From NCBI GenBank assembly GCA_002305165.1, contig DBQI01000065.1:16794-80793 (forward strand): a stretch of DNA of 64,000 nucleotides, given 5' to 3'. Both the position numbers and the translations under genes were made by a program. The stretch is from Armatimonadetes bacterium UBA1398 (lineage in GTDB: Bacteria; Armatimonadota; Zipacnadia; UBA1398). The notes under the pieces were generated by a model. It worked only from the letters and a program-made list of their open reading frames with translations, did not search any database and had not been told where the DNA came from. Below are positions 19,656 through 27,381 of this stretch, one piece after another; positions within the stretch are counted from its first letter, which is position 1; each line of letters opens with the position of its first letter.

Positions 19656-20321
19656 ATGAGTAAGTCCACCCGCCGGCAGGTTGTCGCCGCCCTCATCGCC
19701 GCAGCGGCATCCCTCGCAGGCTGCACCAAGGGCGACAAAGGTTCCGGCGCAGCGGCCCCAGTATCGGAGGCTTCCAAGGGCCAGGATCCCGTCCTTGCCA
19801 CCCTCGGGGCCGCGCAGAAGGCCGAGCACGCCCTGCTCCTCTCCTTCGAGACCTACGCCACCGCCACCCAGCGTGATGACCCGAGCTTCAGCGTGCTCTA
19901 TCGCGCTCTGGCCCGGAGTTGTGAGGTGCGCCTTGAGGCCCTCACCGAGGCCATCGTCGCAAAGGGAGGCGCGGTGCCCGAGTCCCCAGCGAGCGCGAGC
20001 GCAAGCACACTCGCCGGGGATCTCCAGAAGGCCATCGCGGACGTGGGGGATCTCTCCTCCAACCTCTACCCCGAACTGCGCTCGAACGCGGTCAAGGCCA
20101 AGGATACGGCGGCGGTCCAGGTCCTCGCCTATGGTGTGCAGGTCCTTCCCGAGATGGAGAGCCTCCTGCAGGCAGGGGCCGAGGGACTGGCCTCCGGCGC
20201 CCCGCCCTCGGTACAGACCTACTATGTCTGCCCCACCTGCGGCCACGTCACCACGACCCTCGACTTCGACGAATGTCCCTACTGCTACACCATGGCGAGG
20301 GACTTCGAAGCGATTAGCTAG
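19656..20321 (+). CDS. rubrerythrin-like lipoprotein (ferritin-like domain plus C-terminal rubredoxin-like Cys4 ribbon)
   Basis: ATG at 19656 with GGAGGAG 5 nt upstream; N-terminus MSKSTRRQVVAALIAAAASLAGC (twin-Arg-like plus lipobox); C-terminus YYVCPTCGH...ECPYCY. Confidence 0.5.
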   Translation: MSKSTRRQVVAALIAAAASLAGCTKGDKGSGAAAPVSEASKGQDPVLATLGAAQKAEHALLLSFETYATATQRDDPSFSVLYRALARSCEVRLEALTEAIVAKGGAVPESPASASASTLAGDLQKAIADVGDLSSNLYPELRSNAVKAKDTAAVQVLAYGVQVLPEMESLLQAGAEGLASGAPPSVQTYYVCPTCGHVTTTLDFDECPYCYTMARDFEAIS

Positions 20322-20440
20322 GCGCCAGCGTGATCGACCCTCCTAGATGATGCGCTTCGGGTGTCGCGGCAGCCTTGCCCGCAGGCCCTGGGCCGTGGCA
20401 TCCCGAACCTGCCTGGTCCTGACACGGAAGGAGTCCTCCC

Positions 20441-22420
20441 ATGATTCTCCCCATGCGACAGATCCACCTCGATTTCCACACCTCCGAGAAGATCGCGGGG
20501 ATCGGCGCCGATTTCGACGCTGACCGCTTCGCGGACACCCTCAAGCGCGCCCACGTGAACTCCGTCACCCTCTTCTCCCGCTGCCACCACGGCTGGATCT
20601 ACCATGACACCAAGTTCACCGAGGCTCGACATCCGCACCTTGAGTGCGACCTGCTTCCCCTACAGATGGAGGCCTGCCGCGCTCGGGGCATCCAGACGCC
20701 CGTCTACATCACCGTCGGACTGGATGAGCGCGTCGCGCGGGAGCATCCTGAGTGGCGAGAACTCCACGCGGGCGGACTCACAGGCGCGGGGCCCCTCGAT
20801 GCCGGCTGGCGTCCCCTCTGCTTCAGCACGCCCTACCTCGACTTCGTGCTCGAGCAGACGCGGGAGGCGCTGGAGCGGTACCACCCCGAGGGCCTCTTCT
20901 TCGACATCATGCACCAGGGGCCGTGCTGCTGCGCCTGGTGTCTGGCAGGCATGGAGGCCGATGGCCTCGACCCCACCGACCCAGCGACGAGGGCTACCTT
21001 CGCCGCCGGCGTCCTGAGACGGGCGAAGGAGCGGCTCCACGGCGTCGTGCGCGAGGCGGGGCCCGATGTCCGCTGCTTCTTCAACGCCGGCCACATCGAT
21101 CCGGCCATCCGCGACTCCCTGGACCTCTACTCGCACCTCGAGATCGAGTCCCTCCCCACGGGGGGATGGGGCTACATGCACTTCCCGGTGACGGTGCGCT
21201 ACGCGCGGGGACTCAACCGTGAGTGTCTCGCCATGACCGGCAAGTTCCACGCGACCTGGGGCCACTTCAGCTCCTTCAAGAACCCCATTGCCCTGGAGTA
21301 TGAGGCCCTCGTCGGGCCCGCCAATGGCGCCGCCGTATCGATCGGCGACCAGCTCCATCCGCGTGGGGCCCTCTGTGAGGAGACCTACGATCGCATCGGG
21401 CGCGTGTACGCGATGGTGGAGGAGCGCGAGCCCTGGTATCTCGACGCCGAGCCGGTCACGGAGATCGCCCTCTTCAACACCGAAGCATGTGAGCCGATCC
21501 CGGGCATCGGCCTCGAGAAGGCGGTCACGGGGGCGACTCGCATCCTCATGGAGGGCCACCACCAGTTCGACATCGTCGATGGCGACATGGACTGGACCCC
21601 CTACTCGGTCCTCGTCCTCCCCGACAAGGTGGCGCTCGATGGCCCCCTTGCCGCGAAGGTTCGGGCCTTTGTCGACGCCGGCGGGCGTGTGCTGGCCACC
21701 CACCGGTCGGGGGAGGCCGCCGGCGGCGAGGCTCGCTTCGCCCTACCGGAGTGGCCGGTCGATGCCATTGGCGCTCAGCCCCTACATCCCGACTTCATCC
21801 TAGCCTTAGAGCCTCTCGCCAGGGGGCTGCCGGGGGTGCCCTTCGTCGCTTATGAACCGGGCCTCGAGGTTGCCGCCCGGCCTGGCTCCGAGGTGCTAGC
21901 GGAGGCCTACTCGCCCTACTTCGAGCGGACCTATGCGCACTTCTGCTCCCACGCCCACTCGCCAGTGGCGGGCAAGGCAGCGTACCCGTCCGCCGTGCGC
22001 AAGGGCGGCATCATCTACCTCTCTCACCCCCACTGCTCGGCTTACGTGACGCACGGCCAGACAGAAGACGCCCAGATCGTCCGCAATGCCCTCGATCTGC
22101 TGCTCCCCTCGCCCCTGGTGCGGGCTGGAGCGCCCTCGACGTGCCACATCACCATTACGCGCCAGCTCGAGCGCGGGCGCTGGATCGTTCACCTGCTCCA
22201 CTACATCCCCGAGCGGAGAGCAGAGGGCCGGGACCTCATACAGGACGTCATTCCCCTTCACGCCGTACCGCTCAGCATCCGGACTCCGGTCCCGCCATCG
22301 GCCTGCACCCTCGTGCCCTCGGGAGAAGCGGTGGAGTTCACTTGGCACGGCGGAAGGGTGGAGCTCACCCTATCGAAGATCCGTGGCAATCAGATGGTCG
22401 CGCTGGAGGGCGTCTGCTAA
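20441..22420 (+). CDS. GH42-like glycoside hydrolase (TIM barrel plus trimerisation/GATase1-like domain)
   Basis: 659 aa; GGAAGGAG RBS upstream; middle domain motif YSVLVLPDKVALDGPLAAKVRAFVDAGGRVLATH; no signal peptide. Confidence 0.55.
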   Translation: MILPMRQIHLDFHTSEKIAGIGADFDADRFADTLKRAHVNSVTLFSRCHHGWIYHDTKFTEARHPHLECDLLPLQMEACRARGIQTPVYITVGLDERVAREHPEWRELHAGGLTGAGPLDAGWRPLCFSTPYLDFVLEQTREALERYHPEGLFFDIMHQGPCCCAWCLAGMEADGLDPTDPATRATFAAGVLRRAKERLHGVVREAGPDVRCFFNAGHIDPAIRDSLDLYSHLEIESLPTGGWGYMHFPVTVRYARGLNRECLAMTGKFHATWGHFSSFKNPIALEYEALVGPANGAAVSIGDQLHPRGALCEETYDRIGRVYAMVEEREPWYLDAEPVTEIALFNTEACEPIPGIGLEKAVTGATRILMEGHHQFDIVDGDMDWTPYSVLVLPDKVALDGPLAAKVRAFVDAGGRVLATHRSGEAAGGEARFALPEWPVDAIGAQPLHPDFILALEPLARGLPGVPFVAYEPGLEVAARPGSEVLAEAYSPYFERTYAHFCSHAHSPVAGKAAYPSAVRKGGIIYLSHPHCSAYVTHGQTEDAQIVRNALDLLLPSPLVRAGAPSTCHITITRQLERGRWIVHLLHYIPERRAEGRDLIQDVIPLHAVPLSIRTPVPPSACTLVPSGEAVEFTWHGGRVELTLSKIRGNQMVALEGVC

Positions 22421-22569
22421 CAGATGCCAAGAGCGCAGTCACATTTCAGTCCGGTCCGCGGCACGGCGGGCAAATACGACAAGGTAACGGAAGCGTGGCC
22501 CTCAGTCGTCATGCACGGGGCAGAGCCCACAGATGGCGACAGGGCGTGTTCCGCAAGGAGGAAACATTG

Positions 22570-22881
22570 ATGTCCAGGTACGCTCTTATTGCGCTCGTGC
22601 TCGCAGTGGTTGTTGCGTCTTGCCTCGTCGTGGCGAGCTGCTCCAAGCCCGCTGAGGATGTTCCGCCCATCGCCGTCTCCCCCCCCAAGCCCGCGCCGCC
22701 TCCGTCGCCGGCTGAGGAAGCCACGGAGTCGACCGACGCTGCCACCGAGTCTGCTGACGCCGTCACCGAGTCCGCCGCTGCCACGGAGTCCGCTGAGCCG
22801 GCTGACAACGCCGCGCCCGCGGATGACGCGGAGGCCGCCGCCCCGGCTGACGCCGCCGCCGAGGAGCCTGCCACCGAGTAG
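22570..22881 (+). CDS. small acidic repeat lipoprotein
   Basis: ATG 22570 with AGGAGGA RBS; signal peptide plus lipobox (LVVASCS); Pro-rich stretch then A-T-E-S acidic repeats. Confidence 0.5.
   Translation: MSRYALIALVLAVVVASCLVVASCSKPAEDVPPIAVSPPKPAPPPSPAEEATESTDAATESADAVTESAAATESAEPADNAAPADDAEAAAPADAAAEEPATE
22720..22800 (+). repeat. imperfect 18-21 nt tandem repeats encoding ATES(A/T)DA units
   Basis: Four consecutive units GCCAC(G/C)GAGTC...GC within the small lipoprotein gene. Confidence 0.45.
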
Positions 22882-22899
22882 GCAAGCGGTTCGGTACAT

Positions 22900-22938
22900 G
22901 ACAGAGAGCGGGCTGGCTGAGCCAGCCCGCTCTCTGTC
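22900..22938. terminator. 18-bp perfect-stem hairpin between convergent genes (candidate bidirectional terminator)
   Basis: GACAGAGAGCGGGCTGGC - TGA - GCCAGCCCGCTCTCTGTC, 19 nt after the stop at 22881 and 14 nt before the stop of the minus gene at 22952. Confidence 0.5.
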
Positions 22939-22951
22939 TACTGGAACAGAC

Positions 22952-23992
22952 CTACTCGCTCACGACGCAGCGAAAGCCCGTCAACGGCATATAGCGTGCG
23001 ACCAAGTCGGGCTCTACATACCCTCTGAAGGGGATCATGGCAAACTGGGGGTTATTCGACGCCTCGGTCGCTCCGTACGAGCCGCCCCGAAGGATCAGGC
23101 GCTCGGGGTGCCCGGTCCACATGCCGAGGACCCACTCCCGCACGTTGCCCGCCATGTCGAACACGCCGTAGGGCGACTCGTCGCGCTCATAACTCATCAC
23201 GGGCCGAGGCTCGCCAACGAGGGTACCCGTGTTCGCGTCTCCCTGCTCGAAGCGGTCCCCCCAGGGGAAGAGTCGGGCGTCCGCATCGCCACGCGCAGCC
23301 TTCTCCCACTGATCCTCCGTTGGCAGCCTCTTCCGCGCCCAGCGCGCGTAGGCGTCGGCATCGCTGAGGGTGACGTGGGTCACCGGGTCATCCTCACGGC
23401 CGGCCGGGGGCGCGTTTCCCCCCCAGTGCGACGGCGGCTCGTAGCCGGTCTCCTCAACGAACGCGGCGTACTGCCTGTTCGTCACCTCGTGAACGTCGAT
23501 CCAGAAGCCTGGTAGCTCCACCCGACGGGTGGGGTTCATGTCCTGAGCCCGGGGGTCTTGGTAGTCGGCGGGGTAGCCCGCCTCGAACGGCCCTGCGGGC
23601 ACCCAGACCATGACCGCGCCATCGGGCGTCGCCACCGCGAAGCCCGGGTCCATGATCTGCGCCTCTTGGTCGGGCAGGGGGATCGCGCCTACTGGGAGGG
23701 GGTGCGGTGTGATGAGCCGCACCGGCCGCACCACGGCCGTTTCGCCCTCCACCAGTTCAACCTCGCGGGTGGCCTCGTTGTACGCCTCCATGCTGAGTGT
23801 GAGGGTTACCGTTCGCCTCTCGGCGCCCTGGAGATCGATGTCCCTCTGGAGCGGCGTGTTGCCGATCTCCTCGCCATCCAGCGTCACGAGGGCGCCTGGC
23901 GGGATGGACTCGACCTCCAGACGCGCCGAAGCCACGGCGGGCGCCGATACCAGAACGACCGCCAGCCAGAGGAGGCCGTGATGGAGTCGCAT
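22952..23992 (-). CDS. secreted PEGA domain plus FGE-sulfatase-fold (SUMF1/EgtB/PvdO family) protein
   Basis: Start set at ATG 23992 (AGGAGG 8 nt upstream; track starts at GTG 24001). PEGA-like LEVESIPPGALVTLDGEEIGNTPL; FGE-like WVPAGPF..., RVELPGFWIDVHEVTNRQY, LRGGSYG, GFRCV. Confidence 0.65.
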   Translation of the reverse strand: MRLHHGLLWLAVVLVSAPAVASARLEVESIPPGALVTLDGEEIGNTPLQRDIDLQGAERRTVTLTLSMEAYNEATREVELVEGETAVVRPVRLITPHPLPVGAIPLPDQEAQIMDPGFAVATPDGAVMVWVPAGPFEAGYPADYQDPRAQDMNPTRRVELPGFWIDVHEVTNRQYAAFVEETGYEPPSHWGGNAPPAGREDDPVTHVTLSDADAYARWARKRLPTEDQWEKAARGDADARLFPWGDRFEQGDANTGTLVGEPRPVMSYERDESPYGVFDMAGNVREWVLGMWTGHPERLILRGGSYGATEASNNPQFAMIPFRGYVEPDLVARYMPLTGFRCVVSE

Positions 23993-24045
23993 TGCCTCCA
24001 CCTCCTATCTCTAGCCTCTCAGACGCGGCGACGACCCGGTTGGCT

Positions 24046-24588
24046 TCATTCCTTGTCCGTGGGGCCGCTCGGGACGCCTGGAACGCTCCTCGGGGAGCGG
24101 AACTCCTGGCTGAACTGGGACTCCAGCGCGGCCTTGCTCTGGGCAACGGTGGAGGCCGCGCGGTTCACCTCTTGCTCGATGCGCGCGAAGAGAGCCGCGC
24201 TCCAAGCCTGAATGTCCGCCCGACGGGACGCAGCCTCGTGTTCAGCGCTCCGAACGATCTCGTCCGCGCGCTGCTTGGCCGCGTGAACGACCGCCTCTTG
24301 CGAGAGCATCTCCTCGACCTGCTCACGGGCCTCACGGAGCTCCTGACCGGCCGCCGCGTGGGCCTGATCGATGATATCGCGCGCCTGCTCCTGGGCTTGC
24401 CGCAGGATGCGGTCTCTCTCCGACGTGATCTCCGCGGCCTCCGCGATGGATCGGGGCAGGTCATGCCGGATGGCGTTGATGAGGCGGTGGAAGTCCTCCT
24501 CGCTCACATACCGTCGCCCGAACCACGGCACGGAGGAGCCACCCTCGATCAGGTCCTCAAGCTCATTCAGAAGTCGATCAATGTCCAT
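24046..24588 (-). CDS. hypothetical coiled-coil protein
   Basis: 180-aa Glu/Arg/Ala-rich helical protein, 12 nt downstream of coaD on the same strand; no catalytic motif recognised. Confidence 0.4.
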   Translation of the reverse strand: MDIDRLLNELEDLIEGGSSVPWFGRRYVSEEDFHRLINAIRHDLPRSIAEAAEITSERDRILRQAQEQARDIIDQAHAAAGQELREAREQVEEMLSQEAVVHAAKQRADEIVRSAEHEAASRRADIQAWSAALFARIEQEVNRAASTVAQSKAALESQFSQEFRSPRSVPGVPSGPTDKE

Positions 24589-24600
24589 GGAGATATCTCC

Positions 24601-25083
24601 TCACTCGCCGAGCAGTCGCGCTCGAAGCCGCTCTTCCACTCCCGGCGGAACGAGCCCCGTCACGCTTCCCCCCAACTGGACGACCTCGCGAATGGCGCTC
24701 GAACTCAAGAAGGCGTACGCGACATCGGTGGGGATGAACAGCGTGTCGATCCCGCTATCCAGGAACCGGTTCGTGTGCGCCTGCAGGAACTCGTTCTCGA
24801 AATCCGAGACCGCTCGAAGGCCTTTGATGATCACCTGGGCGCCCATGCGGCGCGCGTGCTCCACCAGCAAGCCCGAGAAGGACTCGACACGAACATTGGG
24901 GAGATCGGCGCAAGCACTGGCCAGCATCTCCGCCCGCTCCTCGATTGAGAACAACGGCTCCTTCTGCGGATTGCGCACGACGGAGGCGACGACCTCGTCG
25001 AAGATGCGGGCCCCTCGACCGATGATATCGAGGTGCCCGTTCGTCACGGGATCGAAGCTGCCGGGGTAGAGAGCCCGGGCCAC
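24601..25083 (-). CDS. coaD: phosphopantetheine adenylyltransferase
   Basis: N-terminal YPGSFDPVTNGHLDII nucleotidyltransferase motif; 160 aa; follows rsmD. Confidence 0.85.
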   Translation of the reverse strand: MARALYPGSFDPVTNGHLDIIGRGARIFDEVVASVVRNPQKEPLFSIEERAEMLASACADLPNVRVESFSGLLVEHARRMGAQVIIKGLRAVSDFENEFLQAHTNRFLDSGIDTLFIPTDVAYAFLSSSAIREVVQLGGSVTGLVPPGVEERLRARLLGE

Positions 25084-25099
25084 GATGGATCACTCCCGC

Positions 25100-25693
25100 C
25101 TAAGCCGTGCCTCGGGTATCCGCCTGCGGCTCCGAAGCGACGCGCTCGAATATGGCCACGTGAGCGCGCCCATACCGCCTGGCACGCAGACAATGGTAAA
25201 TGTTCAGAGGGGGAACGGGCATGTCCTCTCCATCCGCCTCGAACACGACCCGCCCGCCGGGGGCGATCCGGTCCGCCCGAACGCCCAGCGCTTCCGCGAT
25301 CGCGGCCAACACATCGGAGCCATAGGGCGGATCGGCGAATACCAGGTCGTAAGGAGCTATGGGCGCGCTCGCCAGCAGCCATGCCGCCGCATCGGCGCGG
25401 TGCACCGCCGACCGGTCCGTGAGGCCCAGAGCCTCTAGGTTCCCGCGGATGGCCGCGCAGGCCGGTGCCGCGCGGTCGACCAGATCAACCCACCCAGCCC
25501 CGCGGCTAAGTGCCTCTATACCCATCGCTCCGCTACCGGCGCAGAGGTCCAGCGCCCGGCAATGAGGCGGCAGCGGGCCAAGCATGTTGAAGATCGCCTC
25601 GCGCGTCCGATCGGAGGTCGGACGCGTGTCCTCGCCCCGAGGCGCACGGAGTGTACGACCTCGGTGGAATCCACCCACCACGCGTATCGGCAT
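25100..25693 (-). CDS. rsmD: 16S rRNA (guanine966-N2)-methyltransferase
   Basis: Start at internal ATG (M46 of track ORF 25100..25828); MLGP...LDLCAGSGAMGIEALSRGA SAM-binding and DLVFADPPYG motifs. Confidence 0.75.
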   Translation of the reverse strand: MPIRVVGGFHRGRTLRAPRGEDTRPTSDRTREAIFNMLGPLPPHCRALDLCAGSGAMGIEALSRGAGWVDLVDRAAPACAAIRGNLEALGLTDRSAVHRADAAAWLLASAPIAPYDLVFADPPYGSDVLAAIAEALGVRADRIAPGGRVVFEADGEDMPVPPLNIYHCLRARRYGRAHVAIFERVASEPQADTRGTA

Positions 25694-25830
25694 GAACGAC
25701 CCCCTGACGCGCCCGAGTGTAATCCAACCGCGGCCGCGGCGCCAACGACGGGCACGCTCGACTGAACCGCAGCCGGTGGGCTCTTGTTGACATTGGTAGG
25801 TCATTGCGGTTGGATTGCGAATGGACACGA

Positions 25831-25842
25831 GTGCTATAGCAC
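25831..25842. promoter_or_regulatory. 12-bp perfect palindrome GTGCTATAGCAC in divergent intergenic region
   Basis: Self-complementary 12-mer between the rsmD start (25693, minus) and the secreted protein start (25894, plus). Confidence 0.25.
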
Positions 25843-25893
25843 CGGACTAGCGCTTCCGGTGCCTTCTGTTGTGACAGTGGGGAGGGCCTCCTG

Positions 25894-27252
25894 ATGATGC
25901 GCAACCGATGGGCAGCGACGGCTGTGGCGTTGCTGCTGCTGAGCACTGCGGCTCTGGCCGCGGCGACGCCGGATCTGGAGGGCTGGGTCGAGACCGATCG
26001 CGCCAGCTATCGAGTGGGCGAGCCGGTCCGCGTCGCTTTCTGCATCCGAAACAACGGCCCCGAGGATGTCGACCTTGTGGTCGCCGGTCCCGAGGCACAG
26101 CTCCGCGTAGGAGCTCTGGGCGTTCTGGAGACCCCGAGCCGCTCTGCGGACCGGCCGGAGGAGATCCTTATTCGCCGTGGCGAGACGACCGTCTACCGGT
26201 TCGACATCGACCCTTCGGACCTGGACATTCCCGCTGGTACTCATCAGATCGTCGGCGCCCTGCAGCCTCTGGTGGGCGCGCCTATCCAGGCTGTCGGCCA
26301 GTTCGTAGTCTGCCAGCTGCCTGACTACCTCAAGGTCGCCGACGTGCTCGCGGCTCCCCATGTGTGGGCCGACGGCGATGTCGTCGAGCTCCGCGGCGAG
26401 TACCGCGGCAACCGCGCCCGCCCCTTCCGCCCCCTCGACGGTGTCGAGGCGCCCTGGGCCACGGACTGGATCCTGGGCGACGAGACGGGCGAGATCTACA
26501 TCCACAACGCCCCCTCCAAGGAGCACTACAACGACTGGACCTGGCACATCGACGACCCGTATGTTGCCCCGAAGACCGACGTGGGGACCATTTCCTCGCC
26601 CGTGCTCCTCTACAACCCGCCCGAGGTGGGCGATAAGGCCGAGTTCCTCCACCCCGAATGGACCTACGGCAAGCGCGTCATCGTTCGCGGCCACGTCATC
26701 ACCCATGACAGCGGCCTCGTCACCGTCGCTCCGGTGGAGATCTTCAAGTGGCAGACAGACCGAGGCGCCTTCTGCGTGCTCGAGACCGAAGGACCGCCGC
26801 AGACCGAGGCGGGCCCCAGCCAGATGCTCCTGCGGATGATCGTCAAGAACGACACCGCGTTCCCACTCATCCTCGCCCACGCGAGCGGCTTCAGATACGA
26901 CTTCGTTGTCGAGCGCGACGGCGAGGAGGTGTGGCGCTGGTCCCGGCATCAGGGCATGTCCGAGGGGCTCTCCTGGATGACCGTGAGCGACGACTCGTGG
27001 AAGCCTGGCCCGAACTCACCACTCGTCGACCGCTCGGTGACCACTGTGACGCCCCATGAGGGGAACCGCGCCTCGGGCCGGAGCACCGTGCCACCCGACA
27101 ACGCCCTGGTCTACACCGCGTACTGGCCCCTGGTGGACAATGATGGCCGGCCCGTTGAGCCGGGCGTCTACCAGATCTCCGGCTTCATCAGCCACCGCGT
27201 GTTCACCTATCCCGTTCCTGTCGTCGTTGGGCATGCGGCTGCCCTGCCCTAG
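25894..27252 (+). CDS. secreted protein with BsuPI-like (intracellular proteinase inhibitor-like) beta-sandwich domain
   Basis: ATG with GGGGAGGG 7 nt upstream; signal peptide; C-terminal segment ASGFRYDFVVERDGEEVWRWSRHQG resembles BsuPI. Confidence 0.45.
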   Translation: MMRNRWAATAVALLLLSTAALAAATPDLEGWVETDRASYRVGEPVRVAFCIRNNGPEDVDLVVAGPEAQLRVGALGVLETPSRSADRPEEILIRRGETTVYRFDIDPSDLDIPAGTHQIVGALQPLVGAPIQAVGQFVVCQLPDYLKVADVLAAPHVWADGDVVELRGEYRGNRARPFRPLDGVEAPWATDWILGDETGEIYIHNAPSKEHYNDWTWHIDDPYVAPKTDVGTISSPVLLYNPPEVGDKAEFLHPEWTYGKRVIVRGHVITHDSGLVTVAPVEIFKWQTDRGAFCVLETEGPPQTEAGPSQMLLRMIVKNDTAFPLILAHASGFRYDFVVERDGEEVWRWSRHQGMSEGLSWMTVSDDSWKPGPNSPLVDRSVTTVTPHEGNRASGRSTVPPDNALVYTAYWPLVDNDGRPVEPGVYQISGFISHRVFTYPVPVVVGHAAALP

Positions 27253-27381
27253 CTGGTCGCGGCTCGAGGGGAGGATTCCCCACGGACCGATACAAGATGC
27301 CGATAGCGGGTGGACCCGTCCTCTGGCGCGGGTGCCGTCCTGGTTCGCTTCGTCTGGCGAAGACTTGGGGCGTCTGATCCA

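Noticed and set aside
20660-21703. 347-aa minus-strand ORF
   Set aside because: Antisense shadow of the GH42-like gene 20441..22420.
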